Source: an uncultured Planctomycetota bacterium (GTDB lineage: Bacteria > Planctomycetota > Planctomycetia > Isosphaerales > Isosphaeraceae). Taken from it: a DNA stretch of 64,000 bases. The stretch is from contig CAWJTV010000011.1 of assembly GCA_963845755.1 (NCBI GenBank), positions 288,001-352,000 of the forward strand. Reading direction: 5' to 3'. The position numbers were made by a program, and so were the translations under genes. The notes beneath the pieces were generated by a model. The model was not told the DNA's origin. It did not search any database and saw only the letters and a program-made list of their open reading frames with translations. Positions within the stretch are counted from its first letter, which is position 1, and each line of letters begins with the position of its first letter. Shown piece by piece: positions 12,902-22,589 of this stretch.

Positions 12902-14572
12902 ATGATGAGCGAATCGGGGAATTGCATCATGCCGCTCCAGACCATGACGAGTGCCCAGGCCCTGGCGTACGGGGCCCTGGTCTCCGGGGTGAAGGTCATC
13001 ACGAGCTACCCGGGCTCGCCCAGCTCCGAGACCGTCGAAGTGCTGACCACGCTGGCCGAAGGCCACGGTCTGCACGTCGAATGGTCGAGCAACGAGAAGG
13101 TGGCGATGGAGATCGGCATCGGCGTCTCGATCGCCGGCCGGCGAGCCCTGGTCGGCACCAAGAGCGTGGGGATGAACGTCATGATCGACCCGCTCATGGC
13201 GCTCAACCTGACGCCCCTGCATGGCGGGCTCGTCATCCTGCTGGGCGACGACCCCGGCGGATACGGCTCGCAGAACGACCAGGACTCCCGATCGCTGGCC
13301 CCGATGCTCGAGATGCCCTGGCTCGAGCCGGCGACGCCCGCCGAAGCCTTCGCCATGATGCAGGCGGCGTTCGCGCTCTCCGAGGAGCATCACACCGCGG
13401 TGGTCGTGCGGCTCACCCGGAGCTTCATCCAGCAGGCCGAGGCGATCGATATCCCCGACGGGCCTTATCCGCAGCCCGACCTGGGCCTGGTCCGCGAGAC
13501 CTGGCGGTTCGTGCCCGTCCCCCGCAACGTTGTGGAGAAGCACCGCGCCTTGCATAAACGCCTGGAATTCATGGAGCAGTGGGCCGGCGAGGCGCCGTTC
13601 AATCGGATTGAAGGGGACGGGGAGCGGGGGATCATCGCGGCCGGGTTTGCTTATCGGAAGCTGTGCGATGTGCTCGGTGACGAGCCGGTCGGTGCTCACA
13701 GAGCACCCTACAACCGAGATGGTGTGCGAATCCTCAAGCTGGGTGCGTGGTTTCCACTGCCGAGGGATCTCGTTTCTCGGTTTCTATCCGGCTGCCGCGA
13801 GGTGCTGATCCTCGAAGAGAACGAGCCGTTCCTCGAAACCCAGATCAAGGCGATCGCTCATGATTGCGGGTCTCGCGCTCGGATCCTCGGCAAGGCCACG
13901 GGCCACACCCGGCGCGAGGGGGAGCTATTCCGCTGGCAGATTCAACGGGCGCTGGACCGATTTCTGCCGGGGTTCGTCCCGGGGCGGGCCTATCTTGAGG
14001 AGCATGAATCATCCGAGCGTCCGCCGCGCGAGAACTATTGTGCGGGCTGCCGGTTCGGATTGATCGTGGATGCGCTGAAAGCGGCGGCTGCGCATCTCGG
14101 TCAGGACCCGGTGCTTGCCGGCGACCCGGGGTGTCTGGCACCGATCGGCGACCGGATGGATGCCAAGTTGGCGATGGGCTCGGCCGTCGGCATGGCCGAG
14201 GGTTGGAATCGGGCCGGGATCCGTGAGCGCGCGGTTGCGCTGTTCGGAGACTCCTCGTTCTTCCACGCCACGATGCCAGCCATCGCGAACGCGGTGCATC
14301 ACGGCAGCGATATCCTGATGGTGGTGCTGGACAACGGCTCAACGGTCACCACGGGGTTCCAGACGAATCCCGGCGTCCCGCGCAATGCGCTGGGCCGGCC
14401 GGCGCGGGCGCTGGACATCGCGCGGATCGCACGGGCCATCGGGGTCGAGTTCGTCCGCGACGTCGGGCCGGATGACCTCGAGCTGCGGCTTCCCGAAGTC
14501 TTCCACGAGGGACTGTCTCACCGCGGACTGGCGCTGATCGTGGTGCGCACGCCGTGCGATGCGGTGGAGTAG
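12902..14572 (+). CDS. iorA: Indolepyruvate:ferredoxin oxidoreductase alpha subunit-like (TPP-dependent)
   Basis: SYPGSPSSE, EWSSNEKVAME, SQNDQDSR, YCAGC and GDSSFFH...VLDN TPP-binding motif. Confidence 0.8.
   Translation: MMSESGNCIMPLQTMTSAQALAYGALVSGVKVITSYPGSPSSETVEVLTTLAEGHGLHVEWSSNEKVAMEIGIGVSIAGRRALVGTKSVGMNVMIDPLMALNLTPLHGGLVILLGDDPGGYGSQNDQDSRSLAPMLEMPWLEPATPAEAFAMMQAAFALSEEHHTAVVVRLTRSFIQQAEAIDIPDGPYPQPDLGLVRETWRFVPVPRNVVEKHRALHKRLEFMEQWAGEAPFNRIEGDGERGIIAAGFAYRKLCDVLGDEPVGAHRAPYNRDGVRILKLGAWFPLPRDLVSRFLSGCREVLILEENEPFLETQIKAIAHDCGSRARILGKATGHTRREGELFRWQIQRALDRFLPGFVPGRAYLEEHESSERPPRENYCAGCRFGLIVDALKAAAAHLGQDPVLAGDPGCLAPIGDRMDAKLAMGSAVGMAEGWNRAGIRERAVALFGDSSFFHATMPAIANAVHHGSDILMVVLDNGSTVTTGFQTNPGVPRNALGRPARALDIARIARAIGVEFVRDVGPDDLELRLPEVFHEGLSHRGLALIVVRTPCDAVE
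13691..13711 (-). repeat. Single GTAG-type REP inside the iorA coding sequence
   Basis: Minus strand reads GTAGGGTGCTCTGTGAGCACC: GTAG tetranucleotide plus palindrome GGTGCTC-N3-GAGCACC. Confidence 0.65.
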
Positions 14573-14844
14573 CGCGCTTCGGCGCAACCGTGTTGCTTTC
14601 GTCGTGCCTCGCGCGGGATGCTGGAGGGACGTGCGGCGACGGCGGGACGGTCGTCGAAGTCGAGTCGGTGAGGCGCGGCCATGCCGGAGATGGCGAAGAC
14701 TCCGGCCGCTGAAAGCGCCTCCCGAATGCGTTGGGCACAGCGGCGCTCGGTGTTGCGCGGGCACCGCTCGAGCGTGAGGTGCTCGAGAACCGTCCACCTG
14801 ATAACAGGTGGAATAACGTGCGGGTCAATCGTACACTAAATGCA

Positions 14845-14873
14845 TTGACGCCAATATAACTAAATAATATATT
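14845..14873 (+). promoter_or_regulatory. Putative sigma70-type promoter for the TIR gene
   Basis: TTGACG-N17-TATATT in an AT-rich patch. Confidence 0.5.
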
Positions 14874-14891
14874 TAAATCTTTGGCAATTTT

Positions 14892-15191
14892 ATGCACATT
14901 ATTTTTGAACTGACCTATGATGTGTTTCTCTCGCACGGATCGCCCGACAAGCCGTGGGTGCGCACGCTCTGCGACGAGCTCGTCAAGTTGGGCCTGAGCG
15001 CCTTCCTCGACGAGCGCGAGCTGGAGACCGGCGAGAACTGGACGCTCCGTCTCAGCCGGGAGCTGAACCAGAGCCGCGCCCTGGCCCTGGTGATCTCGAC
15101 CCAGGCGCTGGAGCGCCCGTGGGTCGATCACGAGTGGACCTCGTTCCTGGCCAAGCATGGGCCGACGTCCGGCCGGCTGATCCCTAGGTGA
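14892..15191 (+). pseudogene. TIR (TIR_2-like) domain, truncated after GRLIP
   Basis: YDVFLSH...WVRTL...AFLDERELETGENW...SRALALVIS...WVDHEW signature with the putative catalytic Glu. Confidence 0.8.
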
Positions 15192-15918
15192 GCCAGGCGG
15201 GCCGGCCTCGGAAGCCGAGTCCACGGCGAAGCGGCTCCGCCGTACCTCGCTATTGGAGCAAGTCGATCTGATGACGACGCGCGAGGGCCTCGTCCGCCGG
15301 GACACGATGCATCCGGCGACGGTCCAGTTTGTCGCCCGGCGGTTCGGCGATTATCCGGAGCTCCGACGGAAGGCCCATAACCGCGTCGGCGACTGGTACG
15401 AGATGAAGATCAAGACCTCACCCTACATCGAAGATGGCCTCGAGTCCGGTCATCACTTGTTCCAGGCCGGGGAATACGACCGGGCTTATGACATGCTGGG
15501 GTCGGCCTCTGACTGGCTCCAGCAGCATGGTCGGGTCCACGAGAGCCTCCAGGCCCTGGAGCCGTTTCTGACCGAGACGGTGCGAGGGACGATGACGCCG
15601 GACCGGGTCGGCCGGCTGCTCGGGACGGTCGGCATCGCCTACGCCAGCCTGGGCCAGGTGGACCGGGCCATCGGATTTTACGAGCAACAACTCGTCATCG
15701 TCCGTGAGATCGGCGACCGGCGCGGCGAGGGGAACGCCCTGGGCAACCTGGGCAGCGCCTATGCCAACCTGGGCCAGGTGGAGCGGGCCATCGGCTTGCT
15801 GGAGCAGGCGCTACGGATCGGCCAGGAGATCAAGGACCCGCGGATGGTTCGGATCTTCACGCCTCAATTGGAACGACTGGGCGGGGGCGGGGCGGCGGCC
15901 GAGGCCGATGAGGCGTAA
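15184..15918 (+). pseudogene. Winged-helix tail plus TPR repeats; C-terminal fragment of a STAND-type protein
   Basis: Frame open from about 15181; LRRTSLLEQ...MHP winged-helix-like motif; TPRs LGTVGIAYASLGQVDRAIGFYEQQL...GDRRGEGNALGNLGSAY. Confidence 0.72.
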
Positions 15919-16018
15919 GCCGCTCTGGCGATCGGTCCGCCTTCGGGTGGGACGTGGGGAGACCTGCGGTCGGCCTCGGAGTGGGGTCGGGAGGCCCGCG
16001 CCGCAGCGCAAGACCTCG

Positions 16019-16222
16019 TCACGGCGGCCCAAGGGGCCGCAGGAGCCCAGCCCGGGGTGCCAACCCCGGGGACCGGTCTCGCGCCCCCCCTTTGGTTGCA
16101 CCCTGAAAGGGTGCCGGCGACGGTTCCTGCGGCCCTTCAGGCCGCCGGATGTGGGTGTCGTCGGACTGGCTCCCGGGGTTCCACCCCGGGCTGGGCTCCT
16201 GCGGCCCCTTGGGCCGCCGTGA
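16019..16222. repeat. 204-bp palindromic intergenic element (REP/MITE-like)
   Basis: 41-bp perfect inverted arms TCACGGCGGCCCAAGGGGCCGCAGGAGCCCAGCCCGGGGTG; internal GCACCCTGAAAGGGTGC hairpin and a partial third arm copy near 16122-16147. Confidence 0.85.
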
Positions 16223-16289
16223 ACTCATCGTGAACCTCTTCCCATCAGCGCAACGCCGATTCCTGATATCGGGCGTTCGACATGGGGGC

Positions 16290-17202
16290 TCACTCTGCGC
16301 GGAGCAGATCGTCCCAGGTCTGGATCTCCACATCGAGGAGTCGGTCGCCCATCGCTTCCAACCGGTCAAGATCCTGGATGGCCTCGATGGCGGCGACGGT
16401 GGCGGCGTCGGGCTCGCCGAACCGCTTCGTCCCCTGACGAACCAGGAACCGCCGCGCCTCGTCGATTCGGCCCTCCACGCGTCCTTTCATGATGCCCTCC
16501 TCACGTCCAACGGCAATGCCCTCCTGCCGGCCTTCCTGCAAGATGGCCTGATAGGTCGTCGATTCTCGCATGATTTCCCGCTTTCCTTTCAGGAGTTGGG
16601 CCACCAGCTCTTCCGGATAGCGCAGTCCCATCAGGATGTACGTCGCGGTCCAAAGCTGACCGGCCTGGGTTCCTTGTCGATCCGTTCCTCCATCCGCCGG
16701 ATCAGCCCGGGGAGATCCGCTTCCGTCACGTTGGTCAGCGGAGCCAGGGGAACCAGGCTGATGCCGGCCTCGAGGTACGTCTCCGGGTCTCCGGGTCTTC
16801 TTCCCAGAGCCGCACCACCTGGAAATTATACCGATTCGTGATCCAGCCGTCCGGCATCTGACGGTCGTAACGGCCGGTCAGGCCGGGGGAGTTGGCCTCC
16901 TTGCGCAGGAGGATCAGCACGGTGAGCACCGGCAGGTTGTGTCGGTAATCGAGCGCGACCTGGCGGTACCAGAGTCGTCGAAGCAGCGTCAGGTCGTGGT
17001 ATGAGTGAGGCTCGAGGACGAGGAGGTAGGGATGGGGACCTTCGACTTTGAGGACTTTGTCGGCCTCGGCGGTCATGGTGGTGATATTGGAATCGATGAT
17101 CGTGACCGTTCCGATCGGGCCGGTCGTGAAGCGTGCCAGCCAATCGGCCGCGCCTTCCCAGCTCAGTTCCTTGGTGGTGACGTCGGACGCGTTGGATTCC
17201 AT
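16290..17202 (-). pseudogene. Rpn/DUF4351-like putative nuclease-fold protein, frameshifted
   Basis: DVTTKEL...TAEADKVLKV...LLVLE..S...YNFQVVRLWE; C-terminal MRESTTYQAILQEGRQEG...RFG...WDDLL; 8-bp duplication near 16780 breaks the frame. Confidence 0.7.
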
Positions 17203-17294
17203 CCCGGGCCTCCGGGTTCGACCAGACCAGCCACGAGCGCGACGGAGCGATCGTTGACCGATCCAGAATCGTCCTGGAATGGCCCGGCGGTCGA

Positions 17295-19197
17295 CTATTT
17301 CCGGAGTGCCTCGACCGGGCTGGCGGATTCCGCCGGCCGGTGGCCGGCGTCGCGCCACCAGAGGGCGGCCCGGTCCTGGTCCCAGTCCGGAGCGCAGCGC
17401 AGCGCCTAAGGCGCGCTCCAGGCTGGCGGCGTCCGGGAACCGCTCGGCCGGGTCCTTGGCCAGGCAGCGCAGGACGACACGCTCCAGATCCTCGGGGATG
17501 CCGGTGCGAAACGTCGACGGGGGCCGCACCGGCTCGTGGGCGTGCGCGATCATCACGCCCACGCTGCCGCCGCGATCGAACGGCGGCCGGCCGGTCAGCA
17601 GGTAATAGGCGACCGCGCCCATCGAGTAGATGTCGCTCCGCTCGTCGAGGTCCCGGTCGCCCAGGGTCTGCTCCGGCGACATGAACATCGGCGTGCCGAG
17701 GATCCGGCCCTCGCCGGCCCGCTGGGTCTCGCCGGCCTGCGCCACGGGGAGGACCAGGCCGAAATCGAGCAACTTGGCCACGTCCTCCATCTGGCCGCGC
17801 CGGGCGGCGAAGATGTTCGACGGCTTGACGTCGCGATGGATCAGCCCGGTCGCATGCGCCTCGTTCAACGCCATGCAGACCTGCCGCAGGAGATAGACCA
17901 CGCGCTCCGGCGGCAACGGGCCGTGGCGCACGACCAGGTCCGCCAGGCTCAGGCCCGGCAGGTACTCCATCACGTAGTAATAAGTGCCGTCCTCGGTGCG
18001 GCCGTAGTCGTAGATCTCGACGGTATTCGGGTGGGACAAGGTGGCGGTCAACCGGACCTCCCGCTCGAACCGCTCCAGGGCCCCTCGGTCGGCGACGTGG
18101 CCCGGCCGGATGAGCTTCAAGGCGCAGGGACGCTTCAAGAGCTGGTGCTCGGCCAGGTAGACCTCGCCCATCCCGCCGGAGCCGATCCGGCCCCGGAGCC
18201 GGTACTGGCCGAGCTGGCGGGCCTCGACGACCTGCCGGCGCAGGCTCGACATCATCTGCGCGCCGTAGGTCGAGCCGACGGCCAGGATCACCAGCAGCAT
18301 GGCGTCGAAGCTGAACAGCGCCACCGGCGTGACCTCCCGGTTCATCCACCCCCGCTCCAGCCACCCCATCGCCTCGCGGTGCCGGAGCCAGAGGGCCAGC
18401 AGGGTCGCGAACGGCAAGAGCGCCAGCGGGCCGACCACCAGCGCGACCCGTCGCCAGCTCTTGGGGACGTAGAGCCCGTTCGTGAGGATCAGGATCGACG
18501 TGATGAGCACGACGTTCTTCATGGTCAACCACGCCGACATCGGGTCGCCGGCGAGCGAATAACGGAGCATGCTCCGATACTGGGAGAACGCATATTTGCC
18601 CGCGAGCATGCCGATCATGGCCAATTCCAGGAGCCGGAGCTGGGCCGTCGAGACGGGGCGGCGGCTCCAGAGCAGGGCGGCGATGCCGCCGAGGATCAGG
18701 ATGACGGTGACGTTCAGGGCCGGGACCGTCATGTCCGCATACTGATTGACGATGCCCCGGTAGACGAACGCCATCGCGACGATCAGGATGTAGATCATCG
18801 GCAACTCGCGCAGTCGCGCCCGCACGACCGTCTGGATCTCGGAGCGGGAATGCGAGCCCTCGTCGGCCCGGATCGCCGCCTTGGGCTCGAAACCCCAGGT
18901 GTCGCCGGTCGAGCCGGCGCCGGAGTCCTCGATCGACCCGGGCCGGCGCGGGGGGTGGAAACCGTCGCGAGGCGGCCAGCTCGTCGTCTCGTCCAGAGGC
19001 CGTCTCCAGGCCTCGGGCGGCGTCAGGAACCCGTTGCGGGTGGCCCGGTCGTCCTCGGCCAGCAGGCGCCCGACCTCGTCGCGCAGGGCGTCGTCACCGC
19101 CGCACGCCTGGCGGAGCCAGTCCCCGCGCCGGGCGGGGTCGATCCGGATCGCGGCATCGAAGAGGTGGTCAATCTGTCGCCAACGGTCCGGCGTCAT
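17295..19197 (-). CDS. Ser/Thr kinase with N-terminal multi-pass membrane region (partner of the ECF)
   Basis: MTPDRWRQIDHLFDAA N-terminus; several TM segments; GSGGMGEVY, HRDVKPSN, LLDFGL, GTPMFMSPEQ; frameshift near 17400 with likely stop at 17295. Confidence 0.88.
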
Positions 19198-19810
19198 GGG
19201 CCTCGTTCTCCCGGAGCTGGCCGCGGAGCCACGCCCGCGCGAGTCGCCAATCTCGCTCCACGGTCACCACCGAGACGCCCAGCGCCGCGGCGATCTCCGG
19301 CACCGTCAGTCCACCGAAGTACCTCAAGGTCATCACCTGGCTCTGACGCGCGTTCAACAATGCCAGCCGGTCCAGGGCCTCATGGACGGCGAGGATGTCC
19401 AGATTCTGCGCCTCGAAATAGTCGACCACCGAGTCGAGCGAGACCCGCCGCCATCCGGCGCCGCGACGGCCGGCGGCCCGCCGTCGCGCGTGGTCGATGA
19501 GCACCTCCCGCATGGCCCGGGCCGCCGACGCGAGCAGGTAGCCGTGATCCGTGGCCGCGAAATCCGCGTCGCGCATCAGCCGGATCACCGCCTCGTGGAC
19601 CACCGCCGTCGGGGAAAGGGTATGGTCCGACCGCTCCTTCCTCATCAACCGGGCCGCCACCTGGCGCAGCTCGTCATACACCCGGGCGAGGAATTCTGCC
19701 TCGGACCGGTCACTCCTGCCCCGAAACCCATCCGGGACGAGGTTCCCCTCTTGGCGCGGCTTGACCCTCATCGTCCCTCCCAGCAATTCCATGAAGGGTT
19801 TTATCGCCAT
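19169..19810 (-). CDS. ECF sigma factor, TIGR02999/ECF43-like (kinase-associated); start may be 19771
   Basis: VYDELRQVA...HTLSPTAVVHEA...AMREVLIDHARRR...LRYFGGLTVPEIA...TVERDWRLARAWL; overlaps the kinase start. Confidence 0.88.
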   Translation of the reverse strand: MAIKPFMELLGGTMRVKPRQEGNLVPDGFRGRSDRSEAEFLARVYDELRQVAARLMRKERSDHTLSPTAVVHEAVIRLMRDADFAATDHGYLLASAARAMREVLIDHARRRAAGRRGAGWRRVSLDSVVDYFEAQNLDILAVHEALDRLALLNARQSQVMTLRYFGGLTVPEIAAALGVSVVTVERDWRLARAWLRGQLRENEAHDAGPLATD

Positions 19811-20021
19811 TATTCGCAGTAATTATGAGAGGACAAGACACCGCACGTTTTTCATGAGCCCGCCGGCACGGGTCGCGGTTCGTTGCGCGCGAAGAGGCTC
19901 GGTTCACCTCGGTCCGATTTCCATAGGTATGGATACCCGAAGTCCGCGGCATGGCGATCTCCCCATCCATACACTAACCCGCCCAGAAACCCTGGGACGA
20001 AAGCTCTTGAGGCCAACTCTT

Positions 20022-21641
20022 ATGCGTCCACCAATTCGTGCATTGACTGCACTCCTCGCGGCAGGATTCGTCTTCCTGATCGCCCCATCGCAAAGTTGGG
20101 CAGGCGAATCCAAGGATCAATCCCGGACCAAGGATCGTCCTTCTCAAACTCAGGACACTCCGGATATTCCCACGGTCAACCTCCTGGACGCCCTGCGCAC
20201 CAAGCAGGTCTCGGCCCAGGTTGAAGGGACCGGCGATGGCCGGGTGACCGTCTCGTTGACCAACAAGACCCCGCGCAAACTCCGCGTAGTGCTGCCACCC
20301 GGCATCATCGCCCAGAGTGCCACCGGCCAGATGGGTGGCATGATGGGTGGTATGGGCGGTGGCATGGGCGGCGGCGGAATGGGCGGTGGTATGGGCGGCG
20401 GCGGAATGGGCGGTGGTATGGGCGGCGGCATGGGCGGTGGCATGGGCGGTGGCGGTGGCATGGGCGGTGGCGGAAGTACAATGCCGCCGATGATGGGCAT
20501 GATGATGCTCTCGAACATCATCATGTACTTCTGCGGGGATTTCGATAGCTGGGACCGCCGATCCCTGATGATGGGCATGGGCGGCGGCGGCATGATGGGT
20601 GGTATGGGCGGCATGGGCGGCGGTGGCATGGGCGGCGGCGGCATGATGGGCGGTGGCATGGGCGGTGGCATGGGTGGCATGATGTCGGTTCCGCCGTCGG
20701 GCCTGCCGTTCGCTGATCTCAACTCCAAGCAGACCCGGCACTTGCCGACGCAGTTCGTGAGTCTCTCGCCGCCGGACCCCCAGTCGGGTGCGAGCCTGCC
20801 GGCGAAGGGTGAAGGGCTGAGGATCCTCGGCGACATCAGCCGGGCGAGCGACGATCCTCGGGTGCAGAAAGCGCTCCGACGGCTGGCGGCCGAGACGGCT
20901 CCGGCGACGATCACGCAACTGGTGATGTGGCGATTGGCCGCGGGGCTGGACTGGGAGACGATTTCCCGGTTGTCGGATCGCTGGGCGAACCGCTCGGAGC
21001 TGACCCTGGCCCAGGACTTCGTCGAGCGTCTGGATGCGGTGACGGTCGGCGAGAGCGGTCGGCTCTTGTTCCAGGTGCAGGGTAGCGATGCGGCGGGCGA
21101 GTTGCTGGCGGCCGAGGTGGGCAAGGCGGTGAGCGGCAAGATGGTGCTGGGCCTGATGGCCGAGATGGGAATACCCGCTCAGCCCCAGGGGCCGGCCGTG
21201 GCTTGCCAGGTCCGGATCACGGGGACCGAAGCCCTGGTCCAGGTCACCGGAAGCGACGAGACGGGCCTGCAGCTGGATCCCGTTCGGCAAGTTCACGCTC
21301 CCCATCACCCGGGAGCGGGAGAAGTTTGATGCCTCGCGGTTCGCCGATGCGATGGCCCAAGGGATCTTGAACCGGATGGTCCGGATGCAGTTGACCAAGG
21401 GCCCGCGCGCAAGGGAAGGCTGACCTACCAGATCCGGATCGACAACGCGTCGCCGTGGATCCTCAATGGACTGTCGGCCCTGGGGACGACGAGCAAGGAC
21501 AGTGAGGCTGCCAGGCTGATGTCGGGCCTCAGCATCCCGCCGCGCAAGAACATGACGGTCCCGGCCAGTGAGGACGTGGTTAAGCTGCTGGGTCTGAAGA
21601 AGGGGATCCGGGTCATGGCGGTCAACCTGAGCGGGCTCTGA
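20022..21641 (+). CDS. Exported hypothetical protein with two (GGM)n low-complexity tracts (frameshifted near 21270 and 21420)
   Basis: Signal-peptide-like MRPPIRALTALLAAGFVFLIAPSQSWA; Gly/Met tracts at about 20330-20475 and 20570-20685. Confidence 0.75.
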
Positions 21642-22446
21642 GCCCGGCTGGGTCGGATGATCGGCGCGTTGTGACCGGGTCACCGAGCGGTCTTGGCCGA
21701 GGTGCTGGATTGCGGCTTTGAGCACGCAGTTTGGCACCTCGGTTTTCGCGCGCGCACGGCCAGCTTCTCCGCATTTGCCCGACGCACCGCCGTGGCGTGC
21801 CCGCGTTCCTCTCCGCTGGTCTTCCCCTGTATTGGGTCCCACCCTATAATGCGAACCCTCTCGAGTCTCTAGAGCACCTACCGAATGGGTGGCAAGACAG
21901 CTTCTGGCTCTGGGTAGATGCTCTGTGAGCTCCGGAGAGGACCCGGCGCGGGGATCGGTGTTTACCGAACACGACGCGCCGGTGTGCAACCCCACCGTGA
22001 GGCGTTCGAGCGAGGATACCGGGCCTGGGAATTCGGCCCCGATGCCGGTCTCGATGCAACCGTCTCACCCTCTCGATCGTTACGGGTTTCCCGATCCGAA
22101 GACGATCGAGTCTTCGGCACTCGAAGGGACTTGTGGGATTCCAATCATTCGACGAATCGGGCGGATTCTCCAGGCTCCTCGCGATCACCGAATTTTCGAC
22201 GAAGGCGAATGTCGAGCTAGACTTTCCAAGGGAGCTCGTGCTCTCCCAACCCGAGCCGAGCGGTCAGGAACAACGACAGACCGGCCGCGTTCGGTCGCTA
22301 AAGTCGCGTCGATTCGCGATCGATGATGGATGGATGCCGGGTGACCGGCGAGTCTCGCGAGTCGGTGGACTCTCCGCTTGATGCAAGACGACGACGACGT
22401 CTGGAAACGTCCGCCGTCGAAACTCTGCGCCATGCCGCGCATCTGG

Positions 22447-22523
22447 GGATTCCGGACTCGAGATTGCCGATTCCCGAATCATTCCCCCTCTCGAATCCGG
22501 AATCTGGAATCGTGAATCCCGAT
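22447..22523. repeat. Short heptamer-type repeats (GATTCC / GAATC) in inverted arrangement
   Basis: ggattccggactcgagattgccgattccc...cgaatccggaatctggaatcgtgaatccc; same family as 48719-48878. Confidence 0.55.
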
Positions 22524-22589
22524 TAGGTTGCGGCCGAAGGTCGCGTCAGGGCGTGCTGGATCGAACTTCCCTGCCTCCTCCCGCCAGAG

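Noticed and set aside
16735..19197. 820-aa kinase-Rpn fusion in the ORF track
   Set aside because: A frameshift near 17400 bypasses the likely kinase stop at 17295; the Rpn-like gene has its own ATG at 17202
17536..19500. Long antisense/shadow ORFs (also 19974-21995, 28815-30350, 49010-51010, 58557-60215)
   Set aside because: Opposite to or overlapping well-supported genes, no recognisable motifs, expected at high GC
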